The notes: generated from the letters alone by a model not told the origin. A stretch of 64,000 bases of DNA from Octopus vulgaris (GCA_951406725.2 OX597835.1:30690001-30754000), one strand, 5' to 3'. Positions 1-15,232 are shown, counted from the stretch's first letter. Program-made: numbers and translations.

Positions 1-563
1 TGAAGGAAAGTGCTACTCGATTACATCGACCCCACAGCTAAGAGGTAAATTAAAAGGATGAAAGGAAAATCAAGCTCGGTTATTCAGAACGGAAAGATGC
101 GGAAGAAATGCTGCTAAATATTTTGTTCGACGCACTCACGTTTGTGCCAGCTAAGACATATTTACCGTAATAACGCTTTCTTTTCATTGCCACAAGGATG
201 ACTGATGAAGATGATATTACAAGGGCAAGATACAAAAAGAGAGAGAGAGAGAGATAGAGGAAGTTGACCCGGATTCAATTAGAGAAAATGGCTGCCCAGT
301 AAAAATAAAAGGAAATGGAGAAATAACGAAAGGTTTCAAATGAGACGTCCGTGGGAGAACTCCTAGTGGGATCCTCATAGATCCCGGTTTACTCTGGTTA
401 CAGAGACAGTGAAGAACAACATGGTCTACATAACAAGTGACTTTGGAATATTCAACCACTACTTATACAAGTGCATATTTTGGCTGTTCTGTTGATAAGT
501 TGATAAAGTGAGTGTTATACACGTCGAAGATCCATTAATTTATATTTCGTATATATACAGTGC

Positions 564-987
564 TTTACTATTTTACTCTTGAATTTGTTAGTCATTTGAC
601 TATGGCCATGCTGGAGCACCGCCTTTAGTCGGAACAAATCGGCCCCAGGGCTCATTCTTTGTAAGCCTACTACTTATTCTATCGGTTTCTTTTGCCGAAC
701 CGTGAAGTTACGGGTATGTAAACACACCAGCATAAATTGTTAATCGATGGTGAGGAGGGGACACAGACACACAAACACACACACTCACTCTCTGACACAA
801 ACACATACACATACATAAAGATATACGACAGGCTTCTTTCAGTTTCCGTCTACCAAATCCACTCTCAAGGCTTTGGTCGGCTGAGGTTATGGTACATGAC
901 ACTTGCCCAAGGTGCCACGCAGTGGGACTGAACGCGGAAACATGTGGTTGGCAAGCAAGCTACTTACCACACAGCCATTCCTGTGCC
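564..987 (-). mobile_element. tRNA-derived SINE, family B (head GGCACAGGAATGGCTGTGTGGTAAG; internal microsatellite)
   Basis: The minus strand has a tRNA-like A/B-box head, a GGCACCTTGGGCAAGTGTC central motif and a GCTCCAGCATGGCC...AAGAGTAAAA tail. The same layout recurs many times in the window. It resembles described Octopus tRNA-SINEs, but the exact family is unverified. Confidence 0.85.
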
Positions 988-1696
988 TATGCATACATAC
1001 ACATATAAATGCACACACACATATTTATGCATACATACATACATAAATACATATACACATACATACATACATACATACATACATACATACATGCATACAC
1101 ACATACATACATCCATTCAGACAGACGGACAGACAGACAGATAGACAGATAGATAAATAGATATATATGACTATCTGTATATATAATTCTCTTAAGTACA
1201 TATGCAAATTTATATTAAAATGTTTGTGTGTGTGTTTATGTATCCGTGTTTGTGTGTGTGTGTGTGTATGTGTCTCTTTGAAAACTCAAAAACCATATAC
1301 ACACACATACTGACAAAGCCGCAAAACTATGTGTTCGTACACGTACACATATTTCTCTACGCACATACACCTATGTATGTATAAATATATCTATAGATAA
1401 TCTGTGATTAGTACTGTAAGTCAATCTCATTTCTTAGTAGTAACCCTGATAGGGAAATCCAACATTCCGCCACGTAGACACTCTCTGCCTGCCTGCCTGT
1501 CTGTCTCTCCATCCGTCTATCTATCTCTCTGTTTGTCCGACCCTTCCTCTTTCTCAATCTCAGCTATATAATGTCTCATAGGATGATATCATAGTCTCGT
1601 TTGACATATTTCAGAGGATATCAGCGAATATTACATATTTCTACAGTCACATTTTAATCTGCACGTGTATGTATGTATGTATATATGTATGCATGC

Positions 1697-1732
<36 letters not shown>

Positions 1733-2193
1733 GTACATTTGGATAGAAATATATATACGCATATGTATGTCTTTAGCAAACAGATTAGAAAATAATGTAC
1801 TTATAAGTTTGTATGCATTCATATATACGCATGTGTGCGTATACATAAATATGTTGAAAAATGTACGCGTGTATACAAAAGCTTATACAAGGGTTTAGAC
1901 GTGTCACTCTTAAACATATATCTGTGTATATATATATATGTGCATGTGTGGTGCGACAGCATGGCCACAGTCCACTGATTGAAACAAATAAAAGAATAAA
2001 AGAAAATAATATATGGTTGTTTATTTACATATACAAATATATACTTCTGTATAGGTTCATGTTTGTTTGTGTATGTCTGTGTGTGTTTGTGTGTCTGTGA
2101 GTGTCTGTGTGCGGAGTACAAAAACCATGCTTTTACAAATATACGTAAATATATACGTATGAGTGTGTTTGTGTGCGCATATGTCTGTGTGTG

Positions 2194-2255
<62 letters not shown>

Positions 2256-2947
2256 CGCATATATATGTAAGCCATGGTGAAGTTAAGTTTTCATTGTATA
2301 TTTAACATTTTTACACCCCTCAACTAAACTCGGCCTATCAATCGCTTCACTGCTAGTCTACAGAAATGGTTATGTTGTGATTTGTAGTGTCAAGACAAAC
2401 CAAAATCTTACTCTTTACCGTGACCACAGTACACACATCTCTTCTCTTCTTCCATCTTGTTTTGTCTTGGAGCCAGTATAGCGAAGCACCAATTCCGTAA
2501 GACATTCAAAAATTTTATGTCACTTCTTATTTCTAATTTGCCTGTAATCTGACAGATCAGGAAATACCACGTTTATTTCTATATTTGAAATTTCACCATT
2601 CCAAAAGGACGTCTTACACATCTGCTATGTATCACAAAGTCTTGGCCTTTTCTAAAGTCTTATTAAGTTAAGATCGAGACTTGACAAATTCTCATAGACG
2701 TTGCTAAAACGGTGAAGAATATGTAAAATGACAAGAACTTGGCAAAATTTCCTTAAAACTGAGAAAAATCTTTCCTCCCCCACGCACTACAGAATTTCTT
2801 TCTCTCTCCCTCCCTCTCTCTCTCTCTCTCTCTCTCTTTGTCATTCTTTTTCACTTTTTGTCGGAGTCGCTCCCTCTCTCTTTCACTCTCTTTTTGTCAT
2901 TCTTTCTCTGACACCCTCTTTCACGGTTTTTGTCTCTGTCTCTGTCA

Positions 2948-2981
<34 letters not shown>

Positions 2982-3096
2982 TTCTCTATAACTTGTCTTG
3001 TATTTACCGTTTTATAATACTGTCAGAAAACGGTTAGCTGCTGAATGAGCGTGACTGCTTTAAACATTTTCTTCTTCAGTTAAAATATATGGCGTC

Positions 3097-3135
<39 letters not shown>

Positions 3136-3338
3136 TCACACACACACTCACACACACACACGCACACTCACACACAAACACACTCACAATCACACACACA
3201 AACGCACACACATATATATCCCCATATGTGTGGGTGGGTGTCTGTTTCTAGTTATATATGTTTCGCAGTACGCACATATATATATATATATACACATACA
3301 CATACATACATACATATATAAACACATATATACATATG

Positions 3339-3369
<31 letters not shown>

Positions 3370-3910
3370 ATGTGTTATACATACGCATACGTATATGCTG
3401 GAAAACGTCATAGTCGACAGGCATCATGTGATCGCGTGTGTATGTATATATAGGTATGTATAACTATGTATATATATATATATATATATACATATACATA
3501 CACACAAACATATGCATATATGTGTGTATGCGTGTTTACGCGTATGTGTATGTGTGTCTGATTAGAAAATTATTACATTTATAGAAGGTGATTCAAATCC
3601 GCCATTACCATCACAATAAACCGGCGAACGACCGAGGTCACATGAGGTCGGTCGAGCTTCACAGTGCACTATACGCTACCCCTAATGTACCCTTCATTCA
3701 CATCACGAAACTATTCGCATCAGACTTCACCTACCCCTGCTTCATAATGTATCCTTTACACTCATTTGATCTGAATTCTACCAATACCTGCTACGGCTCA
3801 GGGATGCCAGGATAGCTGGTCTGCTAACCCCTTACTGTTCACATTGGCAGATGATCGGAATGGAATGCGTGGAATATTGAACAGGATTACTGATATATTA
3901 AGTCACTAAT

Positions 3911-4240
3911 CAACTGTCACTCCGTCGCTTACGACGACGAGTGTTCCAGTCGATCCGATCAATAGAACAGCTTGCTCATGAAATTAACGTGCAACTGGCT
4001 GAGCTCTCCTCAGACATGTGTACCCTTAACGTAGTTCTCAGGGAGATTCAGCGTAGCACGGAGTGTGACAAGGCAGGCCCTTTCAAATACAGGTGCGACT
4101 CACTTTTCGCAGCTGAGTGAACTGGAGCATCGTGAAAATAAAGTGTCTTGCTCAAGGACTCAACACACCGCCGTGAATCGAACTCATGTCCTTACGATCG
4201 TGAGTTCGCATACCCTTACCACTAAGCCACGCGCCTTCAC
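3911..4240 (-). mobile_element. tRNA-derived SINE, family C (head GTGAAGGCGCGTGGCTTAGTGG)
   Basis: The minus strand has an A box TGGCTTAGTGG, a B box GTTCGATTC and then GTCCTTGAGCAAGACACTT. TCACTAAT occurs at both ends (3903-3910, 4237-4244). Confidence 0.8.
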
Positions 4241-4660
4241 TAATAAGATAATGAAGAATCTCTCATTTCTGTCTATTATCTCACATACACCTACATATGT
4301 ACACAAAAGCAGATGTGTACATTTACTGAGGTGCACGGTGTATTTGTGGTTTTTGAATTGGATTTGGTACTTGCATGTCTACAGTACTCTGCCAACACAT
4401 GGTTGTTTTATCTCAAGGTAATCCCAATGTTATTGTACTAAGCCATTTCTGGCGCTCTAATTAGAGACGAGCCCAAAATTCTTAGGAATACTTTAACTAA
4501 CACATACACAAACACACACACGCACGTTTGTATGTATGTATGTATGTATCTATTTATGCAATGTGTATGTCATTCAGTTTTCGTTCAAGATGCCTTGCCA
4601 ATAAAGAGATGGTTTATGACCTGGATCAATTCTACTTCATTGGAATTTCAACATCAACAA

Positions 4661-4835
4661 CACCCCGACTTCCTACGCATCCGCTGAGCCTGGATGCACA
4701 TTCATCCATCCGTCGATGCTGTCGGTGTCGAGGGTTTACTTGCTTTCTTTTTTGCGGGTCTTACAAATAGCAAAGGACCACGTTTCGGACTTCTCCCATC
4801 TTGCGAGCTCTGGGACGAAGACCGTTCGCTCAACA
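4661..4835 (+). mobile_element. 5'-truncated copy of SINE family D (3' part of 45329-45714)
   Basis: CCCCGACTTCCTACGC..CCGCTGAGCCTGGATGC...GGGACGAAGACCG..CGCTCAAC aligns with 45525-45688. Confidence 0.85.
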
Positions 4836-5251
4836 GCATCAACAACAGCAACAGATACATCAGCAACAGGGTATTTTTTTTATAAGTATGTACGTACGTA
4901 TGTATGTATGTATGTATGTATGTATGTATGTATGTATGTATGTATGTAGATTTGTATACTTTGTTTTATGTATGTTTTCTCATGCATATAGTTGCCTTTC
5001 TAGATATGCTCTTAAATATTTAAATGATAAACTTCTGGAAAGTTTTACAAAATTTTTAATTTCCAATGATACATTGCTTGTATAGTTTTCGAATGCATGT
5101 AAGTATGTATGTATGTATGTATGTATGTTTGTATGTATGTATGTATGTATGTATGTATGTATGTATGTATGTATGTATGTATGTATGTATGTATGTATGT
5201 TTGTATGTATGTATGTATGTATGCATGCATGCATGCATGTATGTATGTTTG

Positions 5252-5282
<31 letters not shown>

Positions 5283-5512
5283 GTATACATATCCGTTCCT
5301 TATATACAAGACAAAAGAAGGACCACTATTTATAGCATAATGCAAATTGGTAGAAATGAGGTCATAAGATTTAAGACTGGTCGTTTACTCGTCACAAATG
5401 TATATCTTTGTAATTAATAAGACATCTACGTGGTGCGGAATCAATTTAGTCTTTGTGTGACGAACTTCAAATTTTGGGCTACCATGCTGACTTAATCGGG
5501 ACAACACTAAAT

Positions 5513-5551
<39 letters not shown>

Positions 5552-5692
5552 AGGAGCTTCTAATCTCAATCATTTTCTACGTCTCCTTCTATCGATCAAT
5601 CTATCTATCTGTCTTGTCTGTCTATCTGTCTATCTCACTCTCCCACCCTCTATTTCTCGCTATATATATATATATATACATACATACATACA

Positions 5693-5736
<44 letters not shown>

Positions 5737-5785
5737 TGTCTGTCTATCTATCTATCCATCCATCCATCCATCCATCCATCCATCC

Positions 5786-5851
<66 letters not shown>

Positions 5852-6010
5852 TTGTCAATACATCCCTCCTGCGCTATTCCAACGAAACACATTTAATTAC
5901 TCTAATTTCTTTGCTTAGCTGCTAACCATCGTCTAATTTCCTTCTTTGTCGGAATTTCTATTCAACAACACACACAGAAGTAAACATGGAGAAACAGATT
6001 CGGATATTCG

Positions 6011-6051
<41 letters not shown>

Positions 6052-6464
6052 AAGAGATAGATGTTTGACTGCAACCATACACTTATTAGCTCTCACACCT
6101 GCGTAGAGATACAGACACACATAAACTTACTCATACACACACAAAACCGCATAGCTATATATGTATTTATATAGTTCATGTATATCCGTATTATCTACCT
6201 ATCAGTCTATAAGTATCGGTCTACCACTTTCTCTATATCACTCTCTCTCTCCCTTCTTCTTCCCTCTCTCTCTCTATCTATCATCTATATATGTGTGTAT
6301 GTATATACGTATTTGGGTCACTATGTATATGGAGAGATAATTTTGTACGTGAGTCTGTTTCTAATTAGTCTGAATAATAACCAATTTGACAAAGTAACTG
6401 CCAAGTCAATGCGATGTAGAGATGAACTGTGTAATGTTTGTTTGTATACACTCACTCATCCGTA

Positions 6465-6647
<183 letters not shown>

Positions 6648-6732
6648 GCATATATATACACATATATTATATATACATGCATATATATATATGCTGGTAA
6701 TGATATATTTGCATTATCTACAAATTTACATT

Positions 6733-6768
<36 letters not shown>

Positions 6769-7378
6769 GTGTGTGTGTGTGCATTAGGGTGTGCGAGGGG
6801 GGATATACCTATATATTTATATTATGTATGTTTGTTTAAATAGTAGAGAGAGGTGTGTCGATATAGACGTATGCATGCATATATGTCTTCAAGCATATAT
6901 ATATATATATACATATATATATACATACATGCTTGTATACATTTACACTTACATTCACATACACGTCCGCATGCAGGCGCAAATGCACAGTTACACACGC
7001 TCACTCTCACTCCGACAGACGTACGTACAATTAGCAGGGTACAAGAATCGTCTACATCATGTCTTTTTCTGCGTATGTGCGTACGTTATTAGTTTGAAGG
7101 GTGTAAGCGCCTGAGACCTGGAGAGATGGTTAGTTAATGATATACTGTTAGATACGTAGTTAGTTAATGAGCTTCAGGTAGGTAGGTAGGTGTAGATAAT
7201 GATATGACGAAAAATAATTATCTCCGGACGTTAACGAACTCAAGCTTTTATGCAAGGACACATCACGTATTTGTTTGAAGATACATTCATCGAACGTGAT
7301 CGAACTAATTTCGAGACCAATTGATTTTTAACTATGGCACAGAGCCACAAGTGTTTCATTTAATCGTCTTCATTCTGT

Positions 7379-7548
7379 GTGCGGACACGGCTATGTGGTT
7401 AGGAAGCTCGCTCTAAAACAGTATGAGTTCGCGTTCGCTCCCGTTACACGGCGGCACTTCGGGAAAATGTCTTCTAATATAGCTGTGGGCTGAACACTGC
7501 TTTGTGAGTGAAAATAATAATCGGAAACTGTATGGAAGTGTGTTGTAC
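7379..7548 (+). mobile_element. Degenerate family B SINE 5' half
   Basis: GGCTATGTGGTTAGGAAGCTCGC...GGCACTTCGGGAAAATGTCTTCTAATATAGC...CGGAAACTG matches the family B head and centre. Confidence 0.65.
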
Positions 7549-7696
7549 ATATACATATTCTGCAAATAATATTATTTCAAAGATTAAAGTTTATAAGCGA
7601 TAACCGAGAGTTCACTAAAGAAAATAGTCTTAGTATTGGGTTATACAAACCCCTATACACGATGATCGCTTACACGCTTTATTATTATTATCTATA

Positions 7697-8258
7697 AGGC
7701 GGCGGTGAGCTGGCAGAAACGTTAGCACGCTCTGAGTTCAAATTCCGCCGAGGTCGACTTTGCCTTTCATCTTTTCAGGGTCGATAAATTAAATACCAGT
7801 TACGCTCTGGTGTCGATGTAATCGACTTAATCCCTTTGTCTGTCCTTGTTTGTCCTCTCTATGTTTAACCCCTTGTGGTCAATAAAGTAATAAGAAACGT
7901 TACCATGCCGGACAAAATGCTTAGCGGTATTTCGTCTGCCGCTACGTTCTGAATTCAAATTCCGCCGAGGTAGACTTTGCCTTCCATCCTTTCGGGGTCG
8001 ATTAAACAAGTACCAGTTACGCATTGGGGTCGATACAATCGACTTAATCCGTTTGTCTGTCCTCGTTTGTCCCCTCTTTGTTTAGCCCCTTGTGGGTAGT
8101 AAAGAAATAGGTATTTCGTTTGTCTTTATGTTCTGAGTTCAAATACCGCCTTTCATCTTTTAGGGTCGAAAACTTAAGTAGTAGTTGCGTACTGGAGTCT
8201 ATCTAATCGACTGCCCCGCTCCCCCAAAACCTCGGGCCTCGTGCCTAGAGTAGAAAAC
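7697..8258 (+). mobile_element. tRNA-derived SINE family A, trimeric copy
   Basis: The head GGCGGCGGTGAGCTGGCAGAAACGTTAGC is followed by three GTTCAAATTCCGCC...GCCTTTCATCC..GGGTCGA units and the GTGCCTAGAGTAGAAAA tail. Flanks are ATTATTATTATCTATA and ATTATTATTATTTATA (TSD). Confidence 0.88.
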
Positions 8259-8311
8259 ATTATTATTATTTATAGACTTGTCACTCGACACCGCTTCTCA
8301 ATTTATCGTAA

Positions 8312-8346
<35 letters not shown>

Positions 8347-8369
8347 CATACATACATATATATATACAC

Positions 8370-8426
<57 letters not shown>

Positions 8427-8427
8427 C

Positions 8428-8528
<101 letters not shown>

Positions 8529-9124
8529 TATATACATATATATACACACACAAACACACAGATATACATTGTGTAAATCTTTTCCCTTGTTTCAATCATT
8601 GGGCAGTGACACTCCCCAATGTCTTGAAGAGTTTTTAGTCGAAGGAATCAACCCCTGTAACTTTTTTCAAGCCTGGTGTTTATTCGCTAGGTTACGAGGA
8701 CATACGAAAACAACAACAACAAAAACAGCAACTATAATGAAAGCCATCTCCATCACCACAACAAAAACAATTATATTAATAGTTTTCAATTTCGACATAA
8801 TCCAATAATTTTAAGCGAGGATTAAATTGATTATATCGAGCCGCGAGTCTTGACCGCTACTTATTTCGGTGGCCGTAGAAGAATTTAATAAACCGGAAGT
8901 AATAAACCGGAAGAAATATGGCAAAACGTTCTATCCGCTGCACAAACGATGCTGCCAGCGCACCACCGTAATAATGTCTGCTGCCACATTTCAAAATCAG
9001 TTGCAAGTAGGTTTATCGATATTGATGACCAAATAATTTATTAGAATAACGTGTTGATAGTTCAGTTTCGTATTCTTCTTTGTTCAAAGTAGTCTTTTGT
9101 TGGGTTTTCAGTAACAGTCGTATT

Positions 9125-9357
9125 CAGTGATTCTCAACAGGGATCTCATGGCCCTTGGTGGTCAATATAAGATTTCGTTGTTAAGATTTATCCACAATAA
9201 ATTGTTTATACTTCTATAATACACAAAATATTTAAAATTTTGTTTATACAATTCTCAATAATATATCATTAAAAAATATTTTTTAAACATGGAACGGCTA
9301 GGAGGGGCCATCCGAGTAAAATAGAAATCCAAAGGTTTCGCTGGTTGAGAAACACCG
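9125..9357. mobile_element. hAT-type MITE (Charlie-like TIR)
   Basis: Ends are CAGTGATTCTCAAC and GGTTGAGAAACACCG. The 8-bp flanks GTCGTATT/ATCATATT match 6/8. Related copies lie near 18540 and 28420. Confidence 0.75.
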
Positions 9358-9871
9358 ATCATATTTATTCGTTTCTAAATTTAAGGAAACGAAAATAAAA
9401 TAAAAAAGGAATTGTTGTATGGTTAGTTTCAAGTATAATACTTATATTCATTTTCTTAGAGACCTATATTTCGTATTTTCTAGGCCATCGTTCCTGTATA
9501 AGTCCCTTGCAACATATATGAAAATCTTAAATGGAAAATGTATCGAAATATAAATTCTAGTAATTTCATATAATTTACAACTCTTGCACGTCACATGCAA
9601 AAACCAAGCAGATTTTCTCCACCTTTTTTTTCATTCCTTGATGGATTATAAAATTTTTTTTTAAAACAATAAAAATAATTTAAACATAAAATAAATAAAG
9701 AAAAAATGTCTGTTTATGAGTACAATACTGATTCTGATCTCAAATACGTTAATTGATGAATGTTACTTGGGAACGTTAAAGCTTCGAAAAGTTGTTTAGG
9801 GATAGATGTATAGAAATCTAAATTGTGTGAAACTGAATCATCGTAGTATATATATACATATATATACATAC

Positions 9872-9902
<31 letters not shown>

Positions 9903-9973
9903 ATAAATATATACATATATATACGCATATATACATATATATAAACATATATATATACATATATATATATACA

Positions 9974-10008
<35 letters not shown>

Positions 10009-10075
10009 CAACAAGAATATCCAGAAGTAATGCATTACGATAGTTTCATGCAATTCCATTTAATTGACCAATGCA

Positions 10076-10132
<57 letters not shown>

Positions 10133-10468
10133 CATACATACATACATATACACACACATACATTCACACACACACACACGCACACACACATATGTATACT
10201 TAACGTACATACATAAATATATCGCAGGTATGTGTGAGTAGCCCCATATGCATAAAACAATAACAGATTGGTGAGAGGTCTCGTTACAGGAAAGAACAGA
10301 GTGCAATATCGATTTCTATACCTGAATACCTTCAAAATGCAGAACCATTTCAATAGCTTATGATTCTCTTTGAGAAAATACTGAGGTATTCAAACGTTTA
10401 TATGTTGTGTAATGCATCTATAATACATACATATACATACATATACACATGCATACATTATATATATG

Positions 10469-10567
<99 letters not shown>

Positions 10568-10593
10568 TATTATATATTATATATATGTATATA

Positions 10594-10637
<44 letters not shown>

Positions 10638-10999
10638 GCTCATATGCACGTATATGCTTATGCACGCATAGATAATCACAAACCAACTCATAAATTTATA
10701 TATTTATGGGAGTATATGTAAATATGCATTATATGTGTGTGTAAGTGTGTGTGTATTTGTATTTGTATGAAGGTGTGTATTGATGTATGGATATGTATAT
10801 ATATGTATTTATCTATTAATATATTAACAATCCTTTTTTCCCGATCGCCGATCCACCGTTATACTGCGCCAATAATATCGCCACACGTTTCGTGCGATTA
10901 ACTACGTCTGAAGAGTCTTGCTTAACCTTCTTAAGTTGTTTGGCTCTGTTATGATAACATCAAATAACCGGCAACAAGAACAACAACAACAACATCGGC

Positions 11000-11257
11000 G
11001 TCTTCATCATCACCATCGACGTTCATCAGCAGCATCCCCGTGGTCGTGATCATCATCGTCATCATCATCATCATCATCGTTGTCTCTACGATCTTCACCA
11101 CCACCATACCCTTCTCCTCCTCATCATCATCGTGGTGGTCGTAGTCGTGGTGGTTGTAGTGGCGGTGGTGGCGGTGGTGATGGTGGTGTTGTTCGTCGTC
11201 GTCGTCTCCTCCTCCTCCTCCTTCTCCTCCTCCACCTCATCATCATCATCATCATGG

Positions 11258-11297
<40 letters not shown>

Positions 11298-12145
11298 GGT
11301 CATCATCATCATCATCAGTAGCAGCAGCAACAGCAGCTGCAGCAGCGTAATCACCATCACCATCGTCATTCGTCGTCGTCGTCGCCGTCGTCATCCGTGT
11401 CATCGCCGCCGTTGTAGTTATCGTCGTCGACATCATCATCATGGTTATCATCATCATCATCATCATCGTCAATGAATAGCAGTTGAAACAGGACAAAACC
11501 ACCAGCAATATCACCACCACCACCACCACCACCATCATCGTCAATACAATTGCCACCGACACTGGCGTAGCCACTCTCTTCTCCGCCATCTTTGCTACCC
11601 TCCCCGACATCTCTCCCAGCATCGCTCCATCCCATCCACATCGTTAACCCACCTCCATCACCGATACCAACACCAGCAATTTACGCACACAAATTCTATT
11701 ACCATCTTCATTATCGCCATCTTTAATCTACTACTTCCAACACCAACCCCTTCCCCTCCCCTATTCTTCCTCCTCCTCCTTCTCATCATCATCATCATCA
11801 TCATCACTGGACATCATCATCATCAGTAGTATCAATGTCGTACTCTTCTCCATCCTACCACCAAACCATGACCACCACCATGACCACCACCACCATGACC
11901 ACCACCACCATTACCATCACTACTACCACCACCAACCCCGCCCTGTGTTTTTCCTTCTTGTAATCTTCCAGCGCTTTTAATGACCTGAGTTCTTTAAACC
12001 AGAATAACAATGAAAACAGCAAAAGAAAACAACAACGCCAACAACAACAACAACAACAACAACAGCAGCAACAACAATAGCAACAATACTGGCCGCAATA
12101 ACTACAGCAACAACAACAACAACAACAACAACAAATGCAACAACA
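11000..12145. repeat. Compound trinucleotide low-complexity tract (ATC/GTC/ACC/AAC)n
   Basis: The repeats are directly visible and explain the poly-amino-acid ORFs. Confidence 0.9.
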
Positions 12146-12399
12146 AGTTTTGGTCTATACGATCGATTTCCTGTATTAGATAAAACGATTTGATTTGATG
12201 TGAAACCTCAGACAGGAGATGGTCCTTAGAAACGGGCCAAAATCTTGGTAAAAACCCGACTGGTATCTTTCAACATAATTGAACCGAAAGATGAGTTGGA
12301 AGAGAAAATCGTTTGACCATGAAAAGATAACTATAGAAGTAGGGTGGCTGGGGTGGAAGTAGAAAAGGAGAGGGTATGAACGCGTGTACGTGTGTATGT

Positions 12400-13000
12400 G
12401 TGTATATGTGTATGTTGGTTTTGGCTGTGTGTGTATCTGTGTATTTGAGTGTTCGGGGAGTTTGGTATAAATGTGGGGGTTTTTGCGGATAAAAGTGCGT
12501 GAGCGTGCATGAATGTATGTGCGCATGTATGTATGTGTGTGTGTACATGTGTGTTTGAGCGTTCTGATTAGCGCCGTGTGTGTGGGTGCTGGTGGCGGTG
12601 GTGGTGGTGGTGTTGGTAGTTTGTCTGGATAAAATTATGTTAGCGTGTGTAAATATGTGTGTGTAAATATGTTTGTGTGTTTGTGGGTTTTGGTTGGCAC
12701 TATGTGTGTGCAGGAGGGGGGAGTGTTTATAATTTTGTGCAGATAAAAGTACGTGAGCTTGTGTGTATGTTTATGCACGTATCTATATGTGCATGTGTTT
12801 CGCTGTATGCATGTGTATATAAGTCTTCTGATTAGCACAGTCTGTGTATGTGTGTAGGGAGCAGGTATATGTTTCTCTGGATGAAATTATGTTACAGTGT
12901 ATAAATATGTGTGTCTGTGTTTGTAAATAAACAGCGCTATGTTTATGTGTGTGTCGGAGGGGTGTCTATAGTTTGGGGTGGATAAAAGTACGTGTGAATG
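12400..13000. repeat. Degenerate ~250-bp tandem repeat (2-3 units)
   Basis: GATAAAAGT(G/A)CGTG occurs at ~12489, 12742 and 12981. TTCTGATTAGC and TCTGGAT.AAATTATGTTA each occur twice. Confidence 0.7.
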
Positions 13001-13221
13001 TGTGAATGCGTATATATCTATGTATGTGTGTATGTGTATAGATGGTTGAGGAAGAGAATGAGTATGTTTACGTATTTATGCGTGTGTCTGTGTGTATGTA
13101 TGCGAGTATGTGTTTGTGTACGTGTAATTGCTTATATTGTCTATAAGTGCGATATAGTAGGTCTGTATATTTATATGTATATTCAAATACACACTCACAC
13201 ATGTATATGTATGTACATATA

Positions 13222-13252
<31 letters not shown>

Positions 13253-13254
13253 TT

Positions 13255-13460
13255 ACAGTAAACAAAAGACGAAGATAGGTGAGGGAAGAACAAGCAGGTT
13301 TATTAGTTTCACGCTTGGGAAGAATGGAAAAGTCTTTGACGTCTCGAGCCTACGTCCTTTGACAGAAAAGGTTGTGAAGAAAAAAATAGAGATGGAACTG
13401 AAATAAAATACAGAGAGAAAAAAAAACGGCGTGGGGATAAGCGATTCAACATGATAAAAT
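13255..13460 (-). mobile_element. (TA)n-anchored short element with decayed minimal hammerhead (family H)
   Basis: The minus strand reads CTTTTCTGTCAAAGGACGTAGGCTCGAGACGTCAAAG (13334-13370), homologous to the 14455, 47432 and 53530 copies. It is flanked by (TA)n. Confidence 0.7.
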
Positions 13461-13509
13461 ACATATATATGTATATGTGTATATGTATGTGTGTATATAT
13501 ATGCATGTA

Positions 13510-13599
<90 letters not shown>

Positions 13600-14237
13600 T
13601 ATGTATATATATCTTTGTATTTATGTATATACGTTCATATGAGTATGCGAGTATGCACATATGTAAATGTATGCATGTGTGTGTGTGTGCGCGTTTATAT
13701 ACGACGTAAAACAGGGACGACCTGTCGCTAGTGACTGAGGTATGATATTTAAGTTTTACAATAGAAGTTTTTATTAAACATTGAGTAACTTTGTCCTACT
13801 ACACTGAGTAATAGACTACTTATCAGACCACTCTTAGAACCTACACTAAAAAGAGTCAATATACAATACACAGAATCAAACACATGTACATATGAAAATG
13901 TCTGTAGCTACATATGTCTTATGTATGTGATGATGTGTCATGCCCCCAAAACACACATGTACTCGACAACAAATCAGCCCCCCTTTCCACAATAGCATTT
14001 CATCTTTCGAGAAATTCTTCAACCTTGAGATTATCTCCGATTCTCAAGTGGAGTTAATTTTCTTTGCCTTTTGGTAATCGTGAAACATCCGCAGGATGGA
14101 ACGATGATTTAAGTAAATCAAGAAATTTTTTCGGTGATATTTGATATTTGCTACAACTGTATTCGTTCCTATTGGTGTAAAGCATGCCTCTAGCCACTCG
14201 CAGTTGTTTCTCAATCTCATTTTTGTTTTACTTACCA

Positions 14238-14392
14238 AACTGCTCTTCTCTGTGCCTCTTGCAGTAATATGACGTTATCTGGTCTTTCAGATAAAAATTT
14301 GTCCAGAAGCTTCTTGAAGATATCCACATCTTCGACACTCATACCAGTAAGTTTGTTTGCTAGCTGTGGATCCCGAACACCCAAGCTGTTAC
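14238..14392 (-). pseudogene. CR1/L2-group LINE ORF2 C-terminal remnant
   Basis: The minus strand translates as GVRDPQL...VDIFKKLLDKFLSERPD, matching the GP.LFN...FK..LD.FL...PD end of CR1-group ORF2. A paralog lies at 42599-42790. Confidence 0.6.
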
Positions 14393-14414
14393 ACTACTGG
14401 ACTCTCATATGAAT

Positions 14415-14581
14415 CACTACACACATTTTTTCTCTCCTTGTTTTATCTGTGTTCATTTCTGAAAAAGAGCGTAGGCTCGAAATGTAAAAGAGTTACTCTA
14501 TTCCTGAGCGTTATACTAATACATCTGTTTGCTTCATACACCATCTGTCTTTGTCTTTTGTTTTTGTCGTAAACTCTCCTC
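14415..14581 (+). mobile_element. Family H element with hammerhead-like motif
   Basis: TTTCTGAAAAAGAGCGTAGGCTCGAAATGTAAAAG at 14456-14490. The 3' end runs into (TA)n. Confidence 0.72.
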
Positions 14582-14597
14582 ATATATATATATATAT

Positions 14598-14635
<38 letters not shown>

Positions 14636-14637
<2 letters not shown>

Positions 14638-14864
14638 GCAAGAGTGGCTGTGTGGTAAGAAGCTTACTTCCCAACCACATGGTTTCGGGGTTCCTTTCCC
14701 ACTGCGTGGCACCTTGGTCAAGTGTCTTCTACTATAATTTCGGACCCACTGAAGCCGACAAGAACGTACAGTAGCTCTTCGCTCCGACATTCGAAACAGA
14801 ATAGTAACAATAGCAACCGTTTACTGTTTGGTCTATTAAGTATAGCATATATCACTCTATCTAT

Positions 14865-14930
<66 letters not shown>

Positions 14931-14951
14931 GTCTGTCTGTCTGTCTCTCCC

Positions 14952-15002
<51 letters not shown>

Positions 15003-15232
15003 CTGTGTATGTATGTATATGCATGTATGTACTTGTGTGTCTGTGTTTGTTCCCCACTTTCGCTTGACAACCGATGTTGGTTTGTTGCCGTTCCTGTAAA
15101 TTAGTGGTTCGGCAGAAGATACCAATAGAATAAGTACTAGGCTTGCAAAGAATAAGTCCTGGGGTAGATTTGTTCGACTAAAGTAAGTGATCCAGCATGG
15201 CCACAGTCAAATGACTGAAACAAGTAAAAGAA
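14636..15232 (+). mobile_element. Family B SINE with expanded internal microsatellites
   Basis: The head GAGTGGCTGTGTGGTAAGAAGC and the tail CCAGCATGGCCACAGTCAAATGACTGAAACAAGTAAAAG are both present. Confidence 0.75.

Noticed and set aside
4760-4800. Minus-strand GTCCGAAACGTGGTC as a hammerhead in the family D tail
   Set aside because: No CTGANGA box with a matching stem II strand exists in any permutation.
11080-11641. Overlapping His/Asp/Arg-rich ORFs (also 16889-17636, 43686-44460, 60625-61174)
   Set aside because: They are open in most frames on both strands because of triplet repeats, with no splice or domain support.
12176-12350. Unique block that could be an exon
   Set aside because: There is no recognisable protein motif and the splice signals are weak.
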